45,991 nucleotides of DNA from assembly GCA_045533905.1 (NCBI GenBank), contig JAZSIR010000010.1, positions 1-45,991 of the forward strand, read 5' to 3'. The notes beneath the pieces were generated by a model. The model saw only the letters and a program-made list of their open reading frames with translations. It made no database searches and was not told where the DNA came from. The translations under genes were made by a program, and so were the position numbers. Position 1 is the stretch's first letter. Every line of letters starts with the position of its first letter. Positions 27,484 to 37,343 of this stretch are shown here, one piece after another. Source of the stretch: Clostridia bacterium. Its GTDB lineage: Bacteria > Bacillota > Clostridia > UMGS1883 > UMGS1540.

Positions 27484-27514
27484 AAAAGGAGCTGTAAAAC
27501 TTACAGCTCCTTTT
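27484..27514. terminator. Bidirectional intrinsic terminator ending the ole-oapA-dxs-tlyA unit
   Basis: AAAAGGAGCTGTAA-AAC-TTACAGCTCCTTTT. Confidence 0.8.
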
Positions 27515-27517
27515 GGT

Positions 27518-27970
27518 TTATATCTCTTTCGGAAGAACCGTCCGTTCATCTTTTACATTTTTCAGAACGAAGTGTGTTCTCGTGGCCGAAACCCCCTCAA
27601 GGCTCTTGATGTGCCGGTGAATACTTTCGAGGCTCTCCGACGTATCGGTCACAATCTTCAGGATGAAATCGAAATCCCCTGTCAGATAGTCGCAGGAAAT
27701 GATGTTCTCATTCTCGCGCACCATCTCCGTGAAGGAATCGTAAAAGCGCGGGTGCTCAAGGCTTACCTCCATCAGCGCCGTCATATCATTTCCCATCTGC
27801 TTCTGGTCCAGAATCACGGTGTAACCCTCAATGAGACCGCACTTTTCCATCTTGCGGATTCTTTCCAAAACGGCAGAAACGGAAAGATTGATTTCTTCCC
27901 CTATGGCCGAGGCCTTCTGGCGTGCATTTTCGCGAAGGCGGTGTAAGATTTTATAATCAATTGCATCCAT
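27518..27970 (-). CDS. Lrp/AsnC-family transcriptional regulator
   Basis: MDAIDYKIL..LRENAR, LS.SAV.ERI.KME..G.I.GY, TGDFDFILK; promoter TTGACA-17-TAAAAT at 28031-28003 (-). Confidence 0.9.
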   Translation of the reverse strand: MDAIDYKILHRLRENARQKASAIGEEINLSVSAVLERIRKMEKCGLIEGYTVILDQKQMGNDMTALMEVSLEHPRFYDSFTEMVRENENIISCDYLTGDFDFILKIVTDTSESLESIHRHIKSLEGVSATRTHFVLKNVKDERTVLPKEI

Positions 27971-28114
27971 ATGCCCTTCTCCTTTTTCCTTTGTTACTTT
28001 CCATTTTACGAAATTTTCGGCATATTGTCAAGTGTATTTTTCGCGGCAAAACATTGCTTTTTCGGCGACAGCGTGGTAAAATACAGGTAGATACGGCAGA
28101 AAGGAGCAAAAAAT

Positions 28115-28573
28115 ATGCCTTTTACCATATTTGCAAAAATTCTTTCTTACATCTTTGTTCTCATTATTTACCTTTTTATCATTAAGATTATCCAGATGGT
28201 CACACAGGACATTGAGGTGATGCGCCGCCGCAAAACGAGCGACATTGCGGCACACACCTACATAAAGCTTTTAAATCTCCGCCACACGCTCGACTTTGCG
28301 GCAGAGGAAAACTATCCGCTTCTGAAGGATTCCGTTTTAGGCAGAAGCCCGAAATGTGATATTCCGATTGACGACCCCTTCCTCTCCCAAAAGCATGCCG
28401 CCTTTCTGTGGCGCGACGGTGTTTGCTATCTGCAGGATATGGGCAGCACAAACGGGACAAGCCTCAACGGCGAGAAGGTTTCGGGCGACCCTGTGGAACT
28501 ACTAAACGGCGACCGCCTCGATATCGGCCAGCTCTCCTTCATTTTTGTGACGGAGGAGGGGCACCATGCGTAA
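28115..28573 (+). CDS. Membrane-anchored FHA-domain protein
   Basis: N-terminal TM; LGRS, SQKHA, DMGSTNGT, NGD. Confidence 0.88.
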   Translation: MPFTIFAKILSYIFVLIIYLFIIKIIQMVTQDIEVMRRRKTSDIAAHTYIKLLNLRHTLDFAAEENYPLLKDSVLGRSPKCDIPIDDPFLSQKHAAFLWRDGVCYLQDMGSTNGTSLNGEKVSGDPVELLNGDRLDIGQLSFIFVTEEGHHA

Positions 28574-29861
28574 TCTCAAAAAGCTTTCACCGCTTCTTTT
28601 AGTGCTTCTTGTAAATTTTCTGGGGTTCGGGATTCTCTTTTTATCCGATGCCCGGCCGGATAAGGTGGCCGCGTACTATGCGCTCGCGCTCCTCGGCATT
28701 ATTCTGATTTCCTATATTGTCATCGTTTTTTTCTCCCGCGGAGACGAATACCTTTTCCTTATCGTTTCGATGCTTCTTTCTGTGGGCATCATTATGCTCT
28801 TTCGCCTCGATACGGCGCAGGCTGTGCGCCAGATTACCTGGTTCTATGTCGGTATGGCCGGCTTTTGCCTCGTGTACGGCGTATACCGCCTTGTTCCCTT
28901 CTGGCACCGCCTTCTGCCGCTTTATACCCTTGTGGCCTTTCTCCTTTTTGTGGCCACGCTTCTTTTCGGCACGTACAGCGGTGGCGCAAAAAACTGGCTT
29001 TTCGGCTTTCAGCCGTCCGAGCCGATTAAAATTCTGTACATTTTAGGGCTCTCTGCCCTTTTCACGGCGCCGTATGATACCTCGCATGAAAAGACACTCG
29101 CCTTTTTCGAAAAGCGCCTGCAGTTTCTCAAAAAGCCTGTCCGCTTTGTGCTTGCGCACTTTTCCTCGCCGGCAAAGCGGCCGCTTCTGATTATGGCCTA
29201 TGCCTATATGCATCTCGGTTTTCTGGTGCTGCAGAGAGAATGGGGCTCGGCCGTCTTGTATTTTGCCATCTATTTTGTGATGCAGTTTGTGTTCGGCGTA
29301 AAATACCGCTATCTCTTTCTGAATCTGTTTCTCGCCGCGGGCGGTGGTCTTTTAGGATACCGCTTCCTTTCGCATATCCGCGAGCGCGTGGCTATCTGGC
29401 AGGACCCCTTTGCCGACAAAAGCGGCCTTGGGTATCAGATTGTGCAGTCGCTGTACGCCATGGCCGCCGGCGGCTTTGCAGGTGCCGGCATCGGGCAGGG
29501 CTTTCCCGAATTTGTGCCGGTTGTAAAAAGCGACTTTATTTTTGCCGCTATCTATGAAGAGCTCGGGATGCTCGGGGCGGTGGCCGTTGTATTTCTTTTC
29601 TTTTTGCTTGTATACCGCGGCATCAAGATTTCCCTTATGGTCAGAACACCTTTTCATAAGGCGGTAACCCTCGGCATAAGCCTTATGTTCGGCTTCCAGG
29701 CGCTCATTATTATCGGCGGCGTCACGAAGATGATTCCGCTGACGGGTATCACGCTCCCCTTTATGAGTGCGGGCGGCTCCAGCCTTGCCACTTCCTTTGC
29801 TTCGCTTGCCATATTGCAGGCCATCTCTGCGAAAACGGAGGATTTAAGCGATGACATTTAA
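28566..29861 (+). CDS. SEDS family FtsW/RodA glycosyltransferase
   Basis: GAKNW, FQPSE, YQI.QS, SDFIFA...EELG, IPLTGITLPF.S.GGSS. Confidence 0.9.
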   Translation: MRNLKKLSPLLLVLLVNFLGFGILFLSDARPDKVAAYYALALLGIILISYIVIVFFSRGDEYLFLIVSMLLSVGIIMLFRLDTAQAVRQITWFYVGMAGFCLVYGVYRLVPFWHRLLPLYTLVAFLLFVATLLFGTYSGGAKNWLFGFQPSEPIKILYILGLSALFTAPYDTSHEKTLAFFEKRLQFLKKPVRFVLAHFSSPAKRPLLIMAYAYMHLGFLVLQREWGSAVLYFAIYFVMQFVFGVKYRYLFLNLFLAAGGGLLGYRFLSHIRERVAIWQDPFADKSGLGYQIVQSLYAMAAGGFAGAGIGQGFPEFVPVVKSDFIFAAIYEELGMLGAVAVVFLFFLLVYRGIKISLMVRTPFHKAVTLGISLMFGFQALIIIGGVTKMIPLTGITLPFMSAGGSSLATSFASLAILQAISAKTEDLSDDI

Positions 29862-31230
29862 CAAAAAAATTATCGTGGTTTTAGCCCTGATGCTCACGCT
29901 CTTCTGCGGCGTAACGCTGTACTTTTCCTATTTCCAGATTTTCAAAAGCCCCGCGCTTTCGGGCCACAGTGAAAATCCGCGCACCGTGGCGCAGGAAATG
30001 CGCAAAAAGCGCGGCTCGGTGTATGACCGTGATGGTGAGGTTCTCGCCAAAAGCGAAATGACGGCGGACGGGCAAAAGCGCGTATACCCTTTTAACCGCC
30101 TGTATTCCCAGCTGATCGGTTTTTCCTCGAATCGCTACGGGCGTACACTGCTTGAGGACACCTATAACCGCTATCTTCTCGGCGGCGGGGCGGACAATGC
30201 CCTTACAGAGGCGCTTTTCGGCTATGCAGGTGAAAAAGGTGCCGATCTGCACCTTACCGTAGAGCACGACCTGCAGCTTCTGGCCGCCAATCTGCTCGGC
30301 GACCGCCGCGGTAGTGTAGTAGCGATGGATCCCGCCTCGGGCGAGATTCTCTGTATGGTGTCAAAGCCATGGTTTGATGCCAATACCATTTCCCAAAATT
30401 ACGAAACACTTTCCGAGGAAGCGGGCAACTTTTTCCCGCGTGCAACGGACTGGAACTATGTGCCCGGTTCCGTTTTCAAAATCATCACGGCCGCGTCCGC
30501 CCTGGAAAACGGCCTTGAAAATACGGAATATGAAGATACGGGCACATTCACGGTCGACGGCTATGATATCCATAACTACGGCGAGAAGGTATACGGACTT
30601 TTAGATATGGACACGGCCTTCTCAAAATCCTCCAACACCTATTTTGCCTCTCTGGCCACCACGCTCGGGGAAAAGGCACTTCGGGAGACGGCGAAAAACT
30701 TTTATTTCGGCCGCGAAATTCCGTTTGACATCCCCGTCCGGAAAAGCACCACGCTCACCGGTCATCCCACGGCAACGGATGTGGCGGCCGTCGGCTACGG
30801 GCAGGGTGATACGGAGGTAACGCCGCTGCATATGGCAATGATTACTTCCGCCATCGCAAATGACGGCGTGATGATGGCGCCGTACGTTGTAAAAAGCGCA
30901 GAAGCGGACGGAAGTATCCTATATAAAAAGGAAAGCCGTATTCTGAACCGCGCCGTTTCGGTCACAACGGCAAGGCGCATTGCCGATATGATGGAAAAAT
31001 GCGCATCGGAGGGAACGGCCGCGGGAGTAGCCATCCCAGACATCACTGTCTGCGCCAAGACCGGTACGGCAGAGGTCGGCGAAGGGCAGAAGGACCACGC
31101 CTGGTTTGTAGCCTATGCCCCGCGGGAAAATCCCGAAATTGCTGTTTCGATTGTCCTCGAAAATGCGGGCACAACCGGTTCTGCCTGTGCCTATATGGCC
31201 AAAAGCCTTATTTCCTCCTATTTGCAATGA
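29851..31230 (+). CDS. Class B penicillin-binding transpeptidase (PbpA-like)
   Basis: RGSVYDR, PGSVFK (SxxK), SSN, KTGTAE. Confidence 0.9.
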   Translation: MTFNKKIIVVLALMLTLFCGVTLYFSYFQIFKSPALSGHSENPRTVAQEMRKKRGSVYDRDGEVLAKSEMTADGQKRVYPFNRLYSQLIGFSSNRYGRTLLEDTYNRYLLGGGADNALTEALFGYAGEKGADLHLTVEHDLQLLAANLLGDRRGSVVAMDPASGEILCMVSKPWFDANTISQNYETLSEEAGNFFPRATDWNYVPGSVFKIITAASALENGLENTEYEDTGTFTVDGYDIHNYGEKVYGLLDMDTAFSKSSNTYFASLATTLGEKALRETAKNFYFGREIPFDIPVRKSTTLTGHPTATDVAAVGYGQGDTEVTPLHMAMITSAIANDGVMMAPYVVKSAEADGSILYKKESRILNRAVSVTTARRIADMMEKCASEGTAAGVAIPDITVCAKTGTAEVGEGQKDHAWFVAYAPRENPEIAVSIVLENAGTTGSACAYMAKSLISSYLQ

Positions 31231-31342
31231 GATTTTTACCTTTCTGTAAAAAAAATGTAAAAAAGCACTTGCATTTTTTTGTGAGTTCGTGTAGAATTAT
31301 GGTATACATTTTATGCCATCGAAGGCACATCCGGAGGCGACT

Positions 31343-31918
31343 ATGGAACTGCTTAAACAACGCATTTTGAAAGACGGCAAGGTTTTTCCCGGCAATGTCC
31401 TGAAGGTGGACAGTTTCCTAAACCACCAGATGGATGTTTCGCTTTTCTGCGAGCTGGGCAAAGATTTTTACCGCCGCTTTAAGGATGAAAACATCACAAA
31501 GATTCTGACGATTGAATCCTCTGGCATTGGCATCGCCTGCATTGCGGCTATGTTTTTTAACGTACCCGTGGTGTTTGCGAAGAAAAATAAGACGAAGAAC
31601 ATCGCCGGAAATGTATACACAAGCCGCGTGGAATCCTTCACACACGGGCGCGTGTATGACATTATTGTCTCCCGTGAATTCCTCCACGCGGACGACCGCG
31701 TTTTGCTGATTGACGATTTTCTCGCAAACGGAAGTGCTCTTTTGGGACTTTCCGCGCTTGTGCGGGAGGCAGGTGCCACGCTTGCGGGCGCGGGCATCGT
31801 GATTGAAAAAGGGTTCCAGACGGGAGGAAAGCTCGTCCGCGATACCGGCCTTCGCGTAGAATCGCTTGCCATTGTTTCCTCGATGGATGAGAATGGCACG
31901 GTGCACTTCGCGAACTGA
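31343..31918 (+). CDS. xpt: Xanthine phosphoribosyltransferase
   Basis: LKVDSFLNHQ, TIESSGI, IDDFLANG, IEKGFQ.G; promoter TTGCAT-17-TAGAAT at 31269-31297. Confidence 0.93.
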   Translation: MELLKQRILKDGKVFPGNVLKVDSFLNHQMDVSLFCELGKDFYRRFKDENITKILTIESSGIGIACIAAMFFNVPVVFAKKNKTKNIAGNVYTSRVESFTHGRVYDIIVSREFLHADDRVLLIDDFLANGSALLGLSALVREAGATLAGAGIVIEKGFQTGGKLVRDTGLRVESLAIVSSMDENGTVHFAN

Positions 31919-31990
31919 TTTTTCGAAAATATGGCAAAGGGCCGTATTTATAAAGCGTCTATGGCGCACGAATTTAAGGAGGAAAAGAAT

Positions 31991-33139
31991 ATGACAAAGC
32001 ACATGAAACTGCTGGCTGCTCTTTTGGCTCTCACACTGGTATTCTCTGTTGCTGCATGCACAAAGGATGAGCCGAAACCCGCCGCAAACCCCGAATTCAA
32101 AGTTGGCGTAATCCACATCAGCGACCCCGCTGAAGGCGCAGGCTACACCTTCGCACACGAGCAGGGCATCCTCGCTATGCGCGACAATCTCGGTCTTGCC
32201 GACGACCAGATCATCCGCAAGATCAACATCGACGACACCGATGTACAGGCAACCAAGATTGCAATTGAAGAATGTATCGATGAAGGCTGCTCCATCATTT
32301 TCGGTACCAGCTTCAACTATATGAATACAATGGAAGAAATGGCCGCAGAATATCCGGACATTATCTTCTCCCACGGCACCGGTTACAAGTCTAACGACAC
32401 CAATATGAACAACTACTTCGGCCGCATTTACCAGGCCAGATACCTCACCGGTATTGCTGCAGGTCTCAAGACCAAGACAAACAAGATCGGTTACGTTGCC
32501 GCTATGGGTGTTGACAACGCTGAAGTTACCGGCGGTATCAACGCTTTCGCAATGGGTGTAGCTTCTGTAAATCCGGAAGCCAAAATCTATGTAGAAGTTA
32601 CAAACAGCTGGTTCAGCCCGGACCTCGAAAAGAAAGCTGCTGAAGCTCTCCTCGACAAGGGCTGCGACGTTCTCGGTCAGCACTGCGACACCACGGCTCC
32701 GCAGGTGGCAGCTGAAGAACGCGGCGTTTGGGGCTGCGGCTACAACTCCGATATGACCAAGGATGCTCCGAAGGCACACCTTGTAGCTCCCGTTTGGAAC
32801 TGGGGCGTTTACTACACCATGGCAACACGCGCTGCTATGGAAGGCAAGTGGACAAATGAAAACTACTTCGGCGATATGGTTGACGGTCTCATTGACCTCT
32901 CCCCCTTGTCTGAAAACTGCGAAGAAGGCACAAAGGAAGCTATCGAAGCTGCAAAGGCTATGATTCTTTCCGGCGAATACAAGGTATTCGAAGGCAAGGC
33001 CATCGTAGACGGTGCTTTAGTAGATGCTGACCTTAAGGATAACAAGGGCAACGTGATTGTTCCGGCCGGCGGCGAAGTTTTGGACGATGCCACCATCACA
33101 GGCGCAATCAACTGGTACTTCGAAAACGTAGAAGCATAA
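31991..33139 (+). CDS. BMP-family nucleoside-binding lipoprotein
   Basis: Lipobox VAAC, G...AH..G, IFGTSF, YL.GIAAG, NAFA.G; codon usage suggests high expression; RBS AAGGAGG. Confidence 0.88.
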   Translation: MTKHMKLLAALLALTLVFSVAACTKDEPKPAANPEFKVGVIHISDPAEGAGYTFAHEQGILAMRDNLGLADDQIIRKINIDDTDVQATKIAIEECIDEGCSIIFGTSFNYMNTMEEMAAEYPDIIFSHGTGYKSNDTNMNNYFGRIYQARYLTGIAAGLKTKTNKIGYVAAMGVDNAEVTGGINAFAMGVASVNPEAKIYVEVTNSWFSPDLEKKAAEALLDKGCDVLGQHCDTTAPQVAAEERGVWGCGYNSDMTKDAPKAHLVAPVWNWGVYYTMATRAAMEGKWTNENYFGDMVDGLIDLSPLSENCEEGTKEAIEAAKAMILSGEYKVFEGKAIVDGALVDADLKDNKGNVIVPAGGEVLDDATITGAINWYFENVEA

Positions 33140-33146
33140 AAAATCC

Positions 33147-33216
33147 GGGAAGCGACGCGCAGTCGCTTCCCTTTTACGAAAGCAGCGGACTTCGGTTCGC
33201 TGCTTTCGTAAAAGGG
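33147..33216 (+). other. Intra-operon double hairpin after the BMP gene (mRNA stabiliser/partial terminator)
   Basis: GGGAAGCGAC/GTCGCTTCCC stem, then CCCTTTTACGAAAGCAGCGGAC-TTCG-GTTCGCTGCTTTCGTAAAAGGG. Confidence 0.6.
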
Positions 33217-33252
33217 ACATATACTTTTCAAAAGAAAGGATGGGTTCTCCTC

Positions 33253-34782
33253 TTGAATACAAGGCCTGCCATTGAATTATGCGACATTTCCAAATCCTTC
33301 GGCACAGTGCTTGCCAATAACCGCATTAACCTTTCGGTAAAACGCGGCGAAATTCTGGCGCTCCTCGGTGAAAACGGAAGCGGCAAGACGACGCTGATGA
33401 ATATTCTGGCCGGTATCTACCAACCGGACAGCGGCGAAATTTATCTCGATGGTGAGCGTGTTTCCATTCACGCGCCGGAAGATGCACTCCGCCTCGGCAT
33501 CGGTATGATTCACCAGCACTTCAAGCTGATTGACGTGCATACGGCCGCGGATAATATCATCCTCGGCGCGGAGCCGCGCGGTCTTTTTCTGAAGGAATCC
33601 CGCTATGACAAGGTGCGGGAGCTCTGCGACCGCTTCGGTCTTTCCATCGACCCGAAAAAGAAGATTTATTCTATGTCTGTCGGCGAAAAGCAGACGGTGG
33701 AAATCTTAAAGGTTTTGTACCGCGGGGCTGATATTCTGATTCTGGACGAGCCGACGGCTGTTCTCACTGTGCAGGAAATCCGCCGTCTTTTCGATATTCT
33801 GCGCCGGATGCGCGACGAGGGCTGTGCCGTTATTATCATTACACATAAGCTCTCTGAAGTTATGGAAATCAGCGACCGTGTAACGGTCCTTCGAAAGGGT
33901 GAAAGTGTGGCAACTGTGGAAACGGCCGCCTCCGATATGCACTCGCTTACGGAGCTTATGGTCGGGCGCGCGGTAGAGCTTTCCATTGACCGCCCCACAC
34001 GCGAGCATACGGGCACGCTTTTGGAAACACATCACCTTTGTGTGGATTCGGAAGAGGGCGTTCGCGTTTTGGACGATGTTTCCCTCATGCTTGAAAAAGG
34101 CGAAATTCTCGGCGTTGCAGGCGTTGCAGGCAGCGGCCAGCGTGAGCTTTGCGAGACGATTGCGGGCCTTATGCCGATTGCAGAGGGCGCCATCCTGTAC
34201 AAAAACAAAAACATAGAAAATATGACACCGCGCCAGATTTTCAAGGCCGGTATTTCCATGAGCTTTATTCCGGAGGACCGCCTCGGTATGGGGCTTGCCG
34301 CTTCGATGGGCATTGTGGACAATATGCTCCTCAAAACGTATCAGGACGCCAAGGGCCCGTTTGTAGAGAAAAAAACAGCACGCGCGATGGCAGAAGCCAT
34401 CACGGAAAAGCTGCAGATTTCCGCAGCAAGCATGGATGCACCGGTAAGCCGTATGTCGGGCGGTAATGTGCAGAAGGTGCTTTTGGGACGTGAAATTGAA
34501 TCGAATCCGAAGGTGCTGATTACCGCTTACCCCGTTCGAGGACTTGACATCAACACCTCTTACACAATTTACGATGCACTCAATGAACAAAAAAAGGCGG
34601 GCACGGGCGTTCTCTTTATCTGTGAAGATCTGGACGTAATGCTCGAGCTTTGTGACCGCATCCTGGTGCTTTGCCACGGCCGCGTAACAGGCGTTGTAGA
34701 TGCGAAAACGACTACGAAGGAAGAGCTCGGTCTTTTGATGACTGATGCCCATACGAAAGGAGATATGCCGAATGCTGACTGA
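33253..34782 (+). CDS. Nucleoside/sugar ABC transporter ATP-binding protein (two NBDs)
   Basis: LLGENGSGKT, HQHF, LDEPT, GVAGSGQ.EL, IPEDR, SGGNVQK. Confidence 0.92.
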   Translation: MNTRPAIELCDISKSFGTVLANNRINLSVKRGEILALLGENGSGKTTLMNILAGIYQPDSGEIYLDGERVSIHAPEDALRLGIGMIHQHFKLIDVHTAADNIILGAEPRGLFLKESRYDKVRELCDRFGLSIDPKKKIYSMSVGEKQTVEILKVLYRGADILILDEPTAVLTVQEIRRLFDILRRMRDEGCAVIIITHKLSEVMEISDRVTVLRKGESVATVETAASDMHSLTELMVGRAVELSIDRPTREHTGTLLETHHLCVDSEEGVRVLDDVSLMLEKGEILGVAGVAGSGQRELCETIAGLMPIAEGAILYKNKNIENMTPRQIFKAGISMSFIPEDRLGMGLAASMGIVDNMLLKTYQDAKGPFVEKKTARAMAEAITEKLQISAASMDAPVSRMSGGNVQKVLLGREIESNPKVLITAYPVRGLDINTSYTIYDALNEQKKAGTGVLFICEDLDVMLELCDRILVLCHGRVTGVVDAKTTTKEELGLLMTDAHTKGDMPNAD

Positions 34783-35857
34783 GTTTTTCTCGCGCTTTCA
34801 CATTGCCAAGAAGGCGGAAAGTACGGGTTTTAAGCCGCTTCTTCTCTCCTTCCTTTCTCTCCTTGCGGCGCTCTTTATCGGTGCGCTCTTCATCCTTTGC
34901 CTCGGCAAGAATCCGTTTGAGGTGTACGGCATTATTATAAAAGGTGCCTTCAAGTCCGCACGTACGGGCTCCTATGTTTTCAAAACGATTGGGTACGCCA
35001 TTCCGCTCGTCATCACTTCCATCGCCGTTTCGATTGCTTTCAAGATGAAGTTCTGGAACATCGGCGCGGAAGGCCAGATGATTGCGGGTGCGATTTTCGC
35101 TTCCTACTTCGCCCTTTTCCACGACACGATGCCGCACGCGCTCCTTCTTCTCGTGATGTTCGTGGCCGGTGCCGTCGGCGGCGGTCTTTTAGGCGCTTTG
35201 CCGGCGTATTTCAAGTGTAAGTTCGATACAAACGAAACGCTCTTTACGCTGATGCTCAACTACATTGCGCTCAGCTTTATCACCTATTTCAAGGACGGTC
35301 CCTGGTCGGAAACCCCCGGCTTTCCCGGCATTGCAAAATTTGCGCAGAATGCACGCCTGGATGTGCTCGGCGGTGTGCATATCGGCTGGATTTTCACCGT
35401 ACTTTTGGTTGTGGCGGCCTTCTTCTATATGCGCTACACCAAGCACGGCTATGAAATCAGCGTAATCGGCGACAGCCTCAACACCGCCCGGTATGCGGGT
35501 ATGAACGTCAGCCGCGTGATTTTGCGCACTATGTTCATAAGCGGTGCGCTTTGCGGCATCGCCGGTATGATTCAGGTTGCGGGCATTGAGCATACGCTCG
35601 GCGAAGGCGTTGCCGGCGGACGCGGCTTTACCGCCATCATCATCGCCTGGCTCTCGCGCCTCAATCCCTTCGTATGTGTACTCTTCTCGATGCTTTTTGC
35701 AACGCTTACACAGGGCTGCTCGGGCGGGGCGCTGCTGCGGATTGGTCTTTCTCCCTTCGTAGCAGACATTCTGCAGGGCATTATCCTATTTGTTATTTTA
35801 GCCTTTGACTTCTTTATGCAGTACGAAATCATTTACAGAGGGAGGAAAAAAGTATGA
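34772..35857 (+). CDS. Nucleoside ABC transporter permease 1
   Basis: WNIGAEGQ, TLMLNY, ARYAGM, GFTAIIIAWL. Confidence 0.9.
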   Translation: MLTEFFSRFHIAKKAESTGFKPLLLSFLSLLAALFIGALFILCLGKNPFEVYGIIIKGAFKSARTGSYVFKTIGYAIPLVITSIAVSIAFKMKFWNIGAEGQMIAGAIFASYFALFHDTMPHALLLLVMFVAGAVGGGLLGALPAYFKCKFDTNETLFTLMLNYIALSFITYFKDGPWSETPGFPGIAKFAQNARLDVLGGVHIGWIFTVLLVVAAFFYMRYTKHGYEISVIGDSLNTARYAGMNVSRVILRTMFISGALCGIAGMIQVAGIEHTLGEGVAGGRGFTAIIIAWLSRLNPFVCVLFSMLFATLTQGCSGGALLRIGLSPFVADILQGIILFVILAFDFFMQYEIIYRGRKKV

Positions 35858-36798
35858 ATATCATTAACCTTCTGACAGCCGCCATCAAAGCCGGCATCCC
35901 CCTTCTGTTCGGTACCACGGGTGAAATTATCACGGAAAAAGCAGGGAATATGAACCTCGGTGTAGAAGGTATGATGTGGCTGGGCGCCTTCTTCGGCTTC
36001 TTTACGGGTCTTACGACCGACAGCCTCGTCCTCGCGCTCGGCGCGGCCTTTCTCGCAGGGCTTCTCGGAGCACTCATCTATGCATTGCTTACGGTTACGC
36101 TCCGCGCAAATCAGACGGTTTCCGGCCTTGCCCTTACGATTTTCGGCACCGCCTTTGCAAACTTCTTTGCACTTCGTATGATTACGGACAACGGCGGATT
36201 TCTGCCGAAGCTCTCGCCGCGGCTGACGGCTGTGCTTGCAGATAAGCCCATTCCGGTGCTCGGCGAAATTCCGTACATAGGCAAGCTCCTTTTCGGGCAT
36301 AATATTCTCGTATATCTCGGTATTCTCATCGCCGTTGTTTCCTACATATATATGGCGAAAACACGCGCCGGGCTTCGTATGCGCGCCGTGGGGGAATCCC
36401 CGGCTACGGCAGATGCCGCAGGCATTAAGGTTGCCCGCACGAAATACATCCACATTCTCTTAGGTGGTGGCGTGTGCGGCCTTGGCGGCGCCTACCTCTC
36501 TCTTGCATTTTTTGGCGGGCAGTGGCAGAACGCCTGCGTAAACGGGCAGGGCTGGATTGCCGTAGCGCTCGTTATTTTCGCAAACTGGAACCCCGTAAAG
36601 GCCATTTTGGGTACGCTCCTCTTCGGTATGTTTGAGGTTATTCGCTTCCGTGTGGACTGGCCCGTGCCGGCAGCTTTCTGGGATATGCTTCCCTATTTGA
36701 TTACGACGATTATTCTCGTTGTAACCTCAATCCGCCGCTCGCGCGAGCGCAGACAGCCTCTCGGCTGCGGCAACAACTACTTCCGTGAAGACAGATAG
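35854..36798 (+). CDS. Nucleoside ABC transporter permease 2
   Basis: EKAG.MNLGVEGMM, ANQ.VSG, RAVGE.P..AD.AG, GQGWIAVALVIF, LPY. Confidence 0.9.
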   Translation: MNIINLLTAAIKAGIPLLFGTTGEIITEKAGNMNLGVEGMMWLGAFFGFFTGLTTDSLVLALGAAFLAGLLGALIYALLTVTLRANQTVSGLALTIFGTAFANFFALRMITDNGGFLPKLSPRLTAVLADKPIPVLGEIPYIGKLLFGHNILVYLGILIAVVSYIYMAKTRAGLRMRAVGESPATADAAGIKVARTKYIHILLGGGVCGLGGAYLSLAFFGGQWQNACVNGQGWIAVALVIFANWNPVKAILGTLLFGMFEVIRFRVDWPVPAAFWDMLPYLITTIILVVTSIRRSRERRQPLGCGNNYFREDR

Positions 36799-36809
36799 GA
36801 GGAAAAAAG

Positions 36810-37322
36810 ATGGAAGGCTTTTATGAAACAATTGTAAGGCACCGCAAAACACCAAAAGAGAGGCTCGTAGATCTCGGCATCTTTTTCGGCGGTATTTTTT
36901 GCACCGTTTTGGTATTCCTGATTTTTGCCGGTATGTCGCTTAAATCCTATGGCGTTGTCATCTCGGCTACCGTTCTGGTATTCGCATTCCGTTCCATCGC
37001 GCAGAATAACTGGGAATTCGAATACATCGTAACGGCGGGGCTTGTGGATATTGATAAAATCATTGCCCAGAAAAAAAGAAAGCGTGTGCTTTCCTTTGAT
37101 GCACGTGACTGCGAAATGATTGCGCCCTTAAACCGCGGGAACTACTATAAGGAATATAAAAATCTTCCCCTTTTAGACTACACGGCATATAGGGGGCACG
37201 AAGATAACTACTTCGCCGTTTTTGAACGCGCAGGCGCGCGCACCTGTGTTCTCTTCCAGCCTACGGAGGATATGGTGCAAATGTTCAAGTCTTGTAATCC
37301 GCGCAATGTTTACGTTGCGTAA
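36810..37322 (+). CDS. Conserved clostridial membrane protein (DUF6106-like)
   Basis: Two TMs followed by EFEY....G.VDIDKII.Q.KRK and F.P motifs. Confidence 0.6.
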   Translation: MEGFYETIVRHRKTPKERLVDLGIFFGGIFCTVLVFLIFAGMSLKSYGVVISATVLVFAFRSIAQNNWEFEYIVTAGLVDIDKIIAQKKRKRVLSFDARDCEMIAPLNRGNYYKEYKNLPLLDYTAYRGHEDNYFAVFERAGARTCVLFQPTEDMVQMFKSCNPRNVYVA

Positions 37323-37343
37323 AATAAATTAGGAGGGTTTAGT

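Noticed and set aside
31231-31342. Expected purine riboswitch upstream of xpt
   Set aside because: Leader after the TTGCAT-17-TAGAAT promoter is only ~40 nt and lacks the TATAA...TATGG...TCTACC...GTAAA core; the xpt-BMP gap has only a small hairpin.
31418-32779. 453-aa antisense ORF over xpt/BMP (similarly 33706-34752 and 20602-21822)
   Set aside because: Shadow ORFs from codon bias on the opposite strand of clearly identifiable genes; no motifs or RBS.
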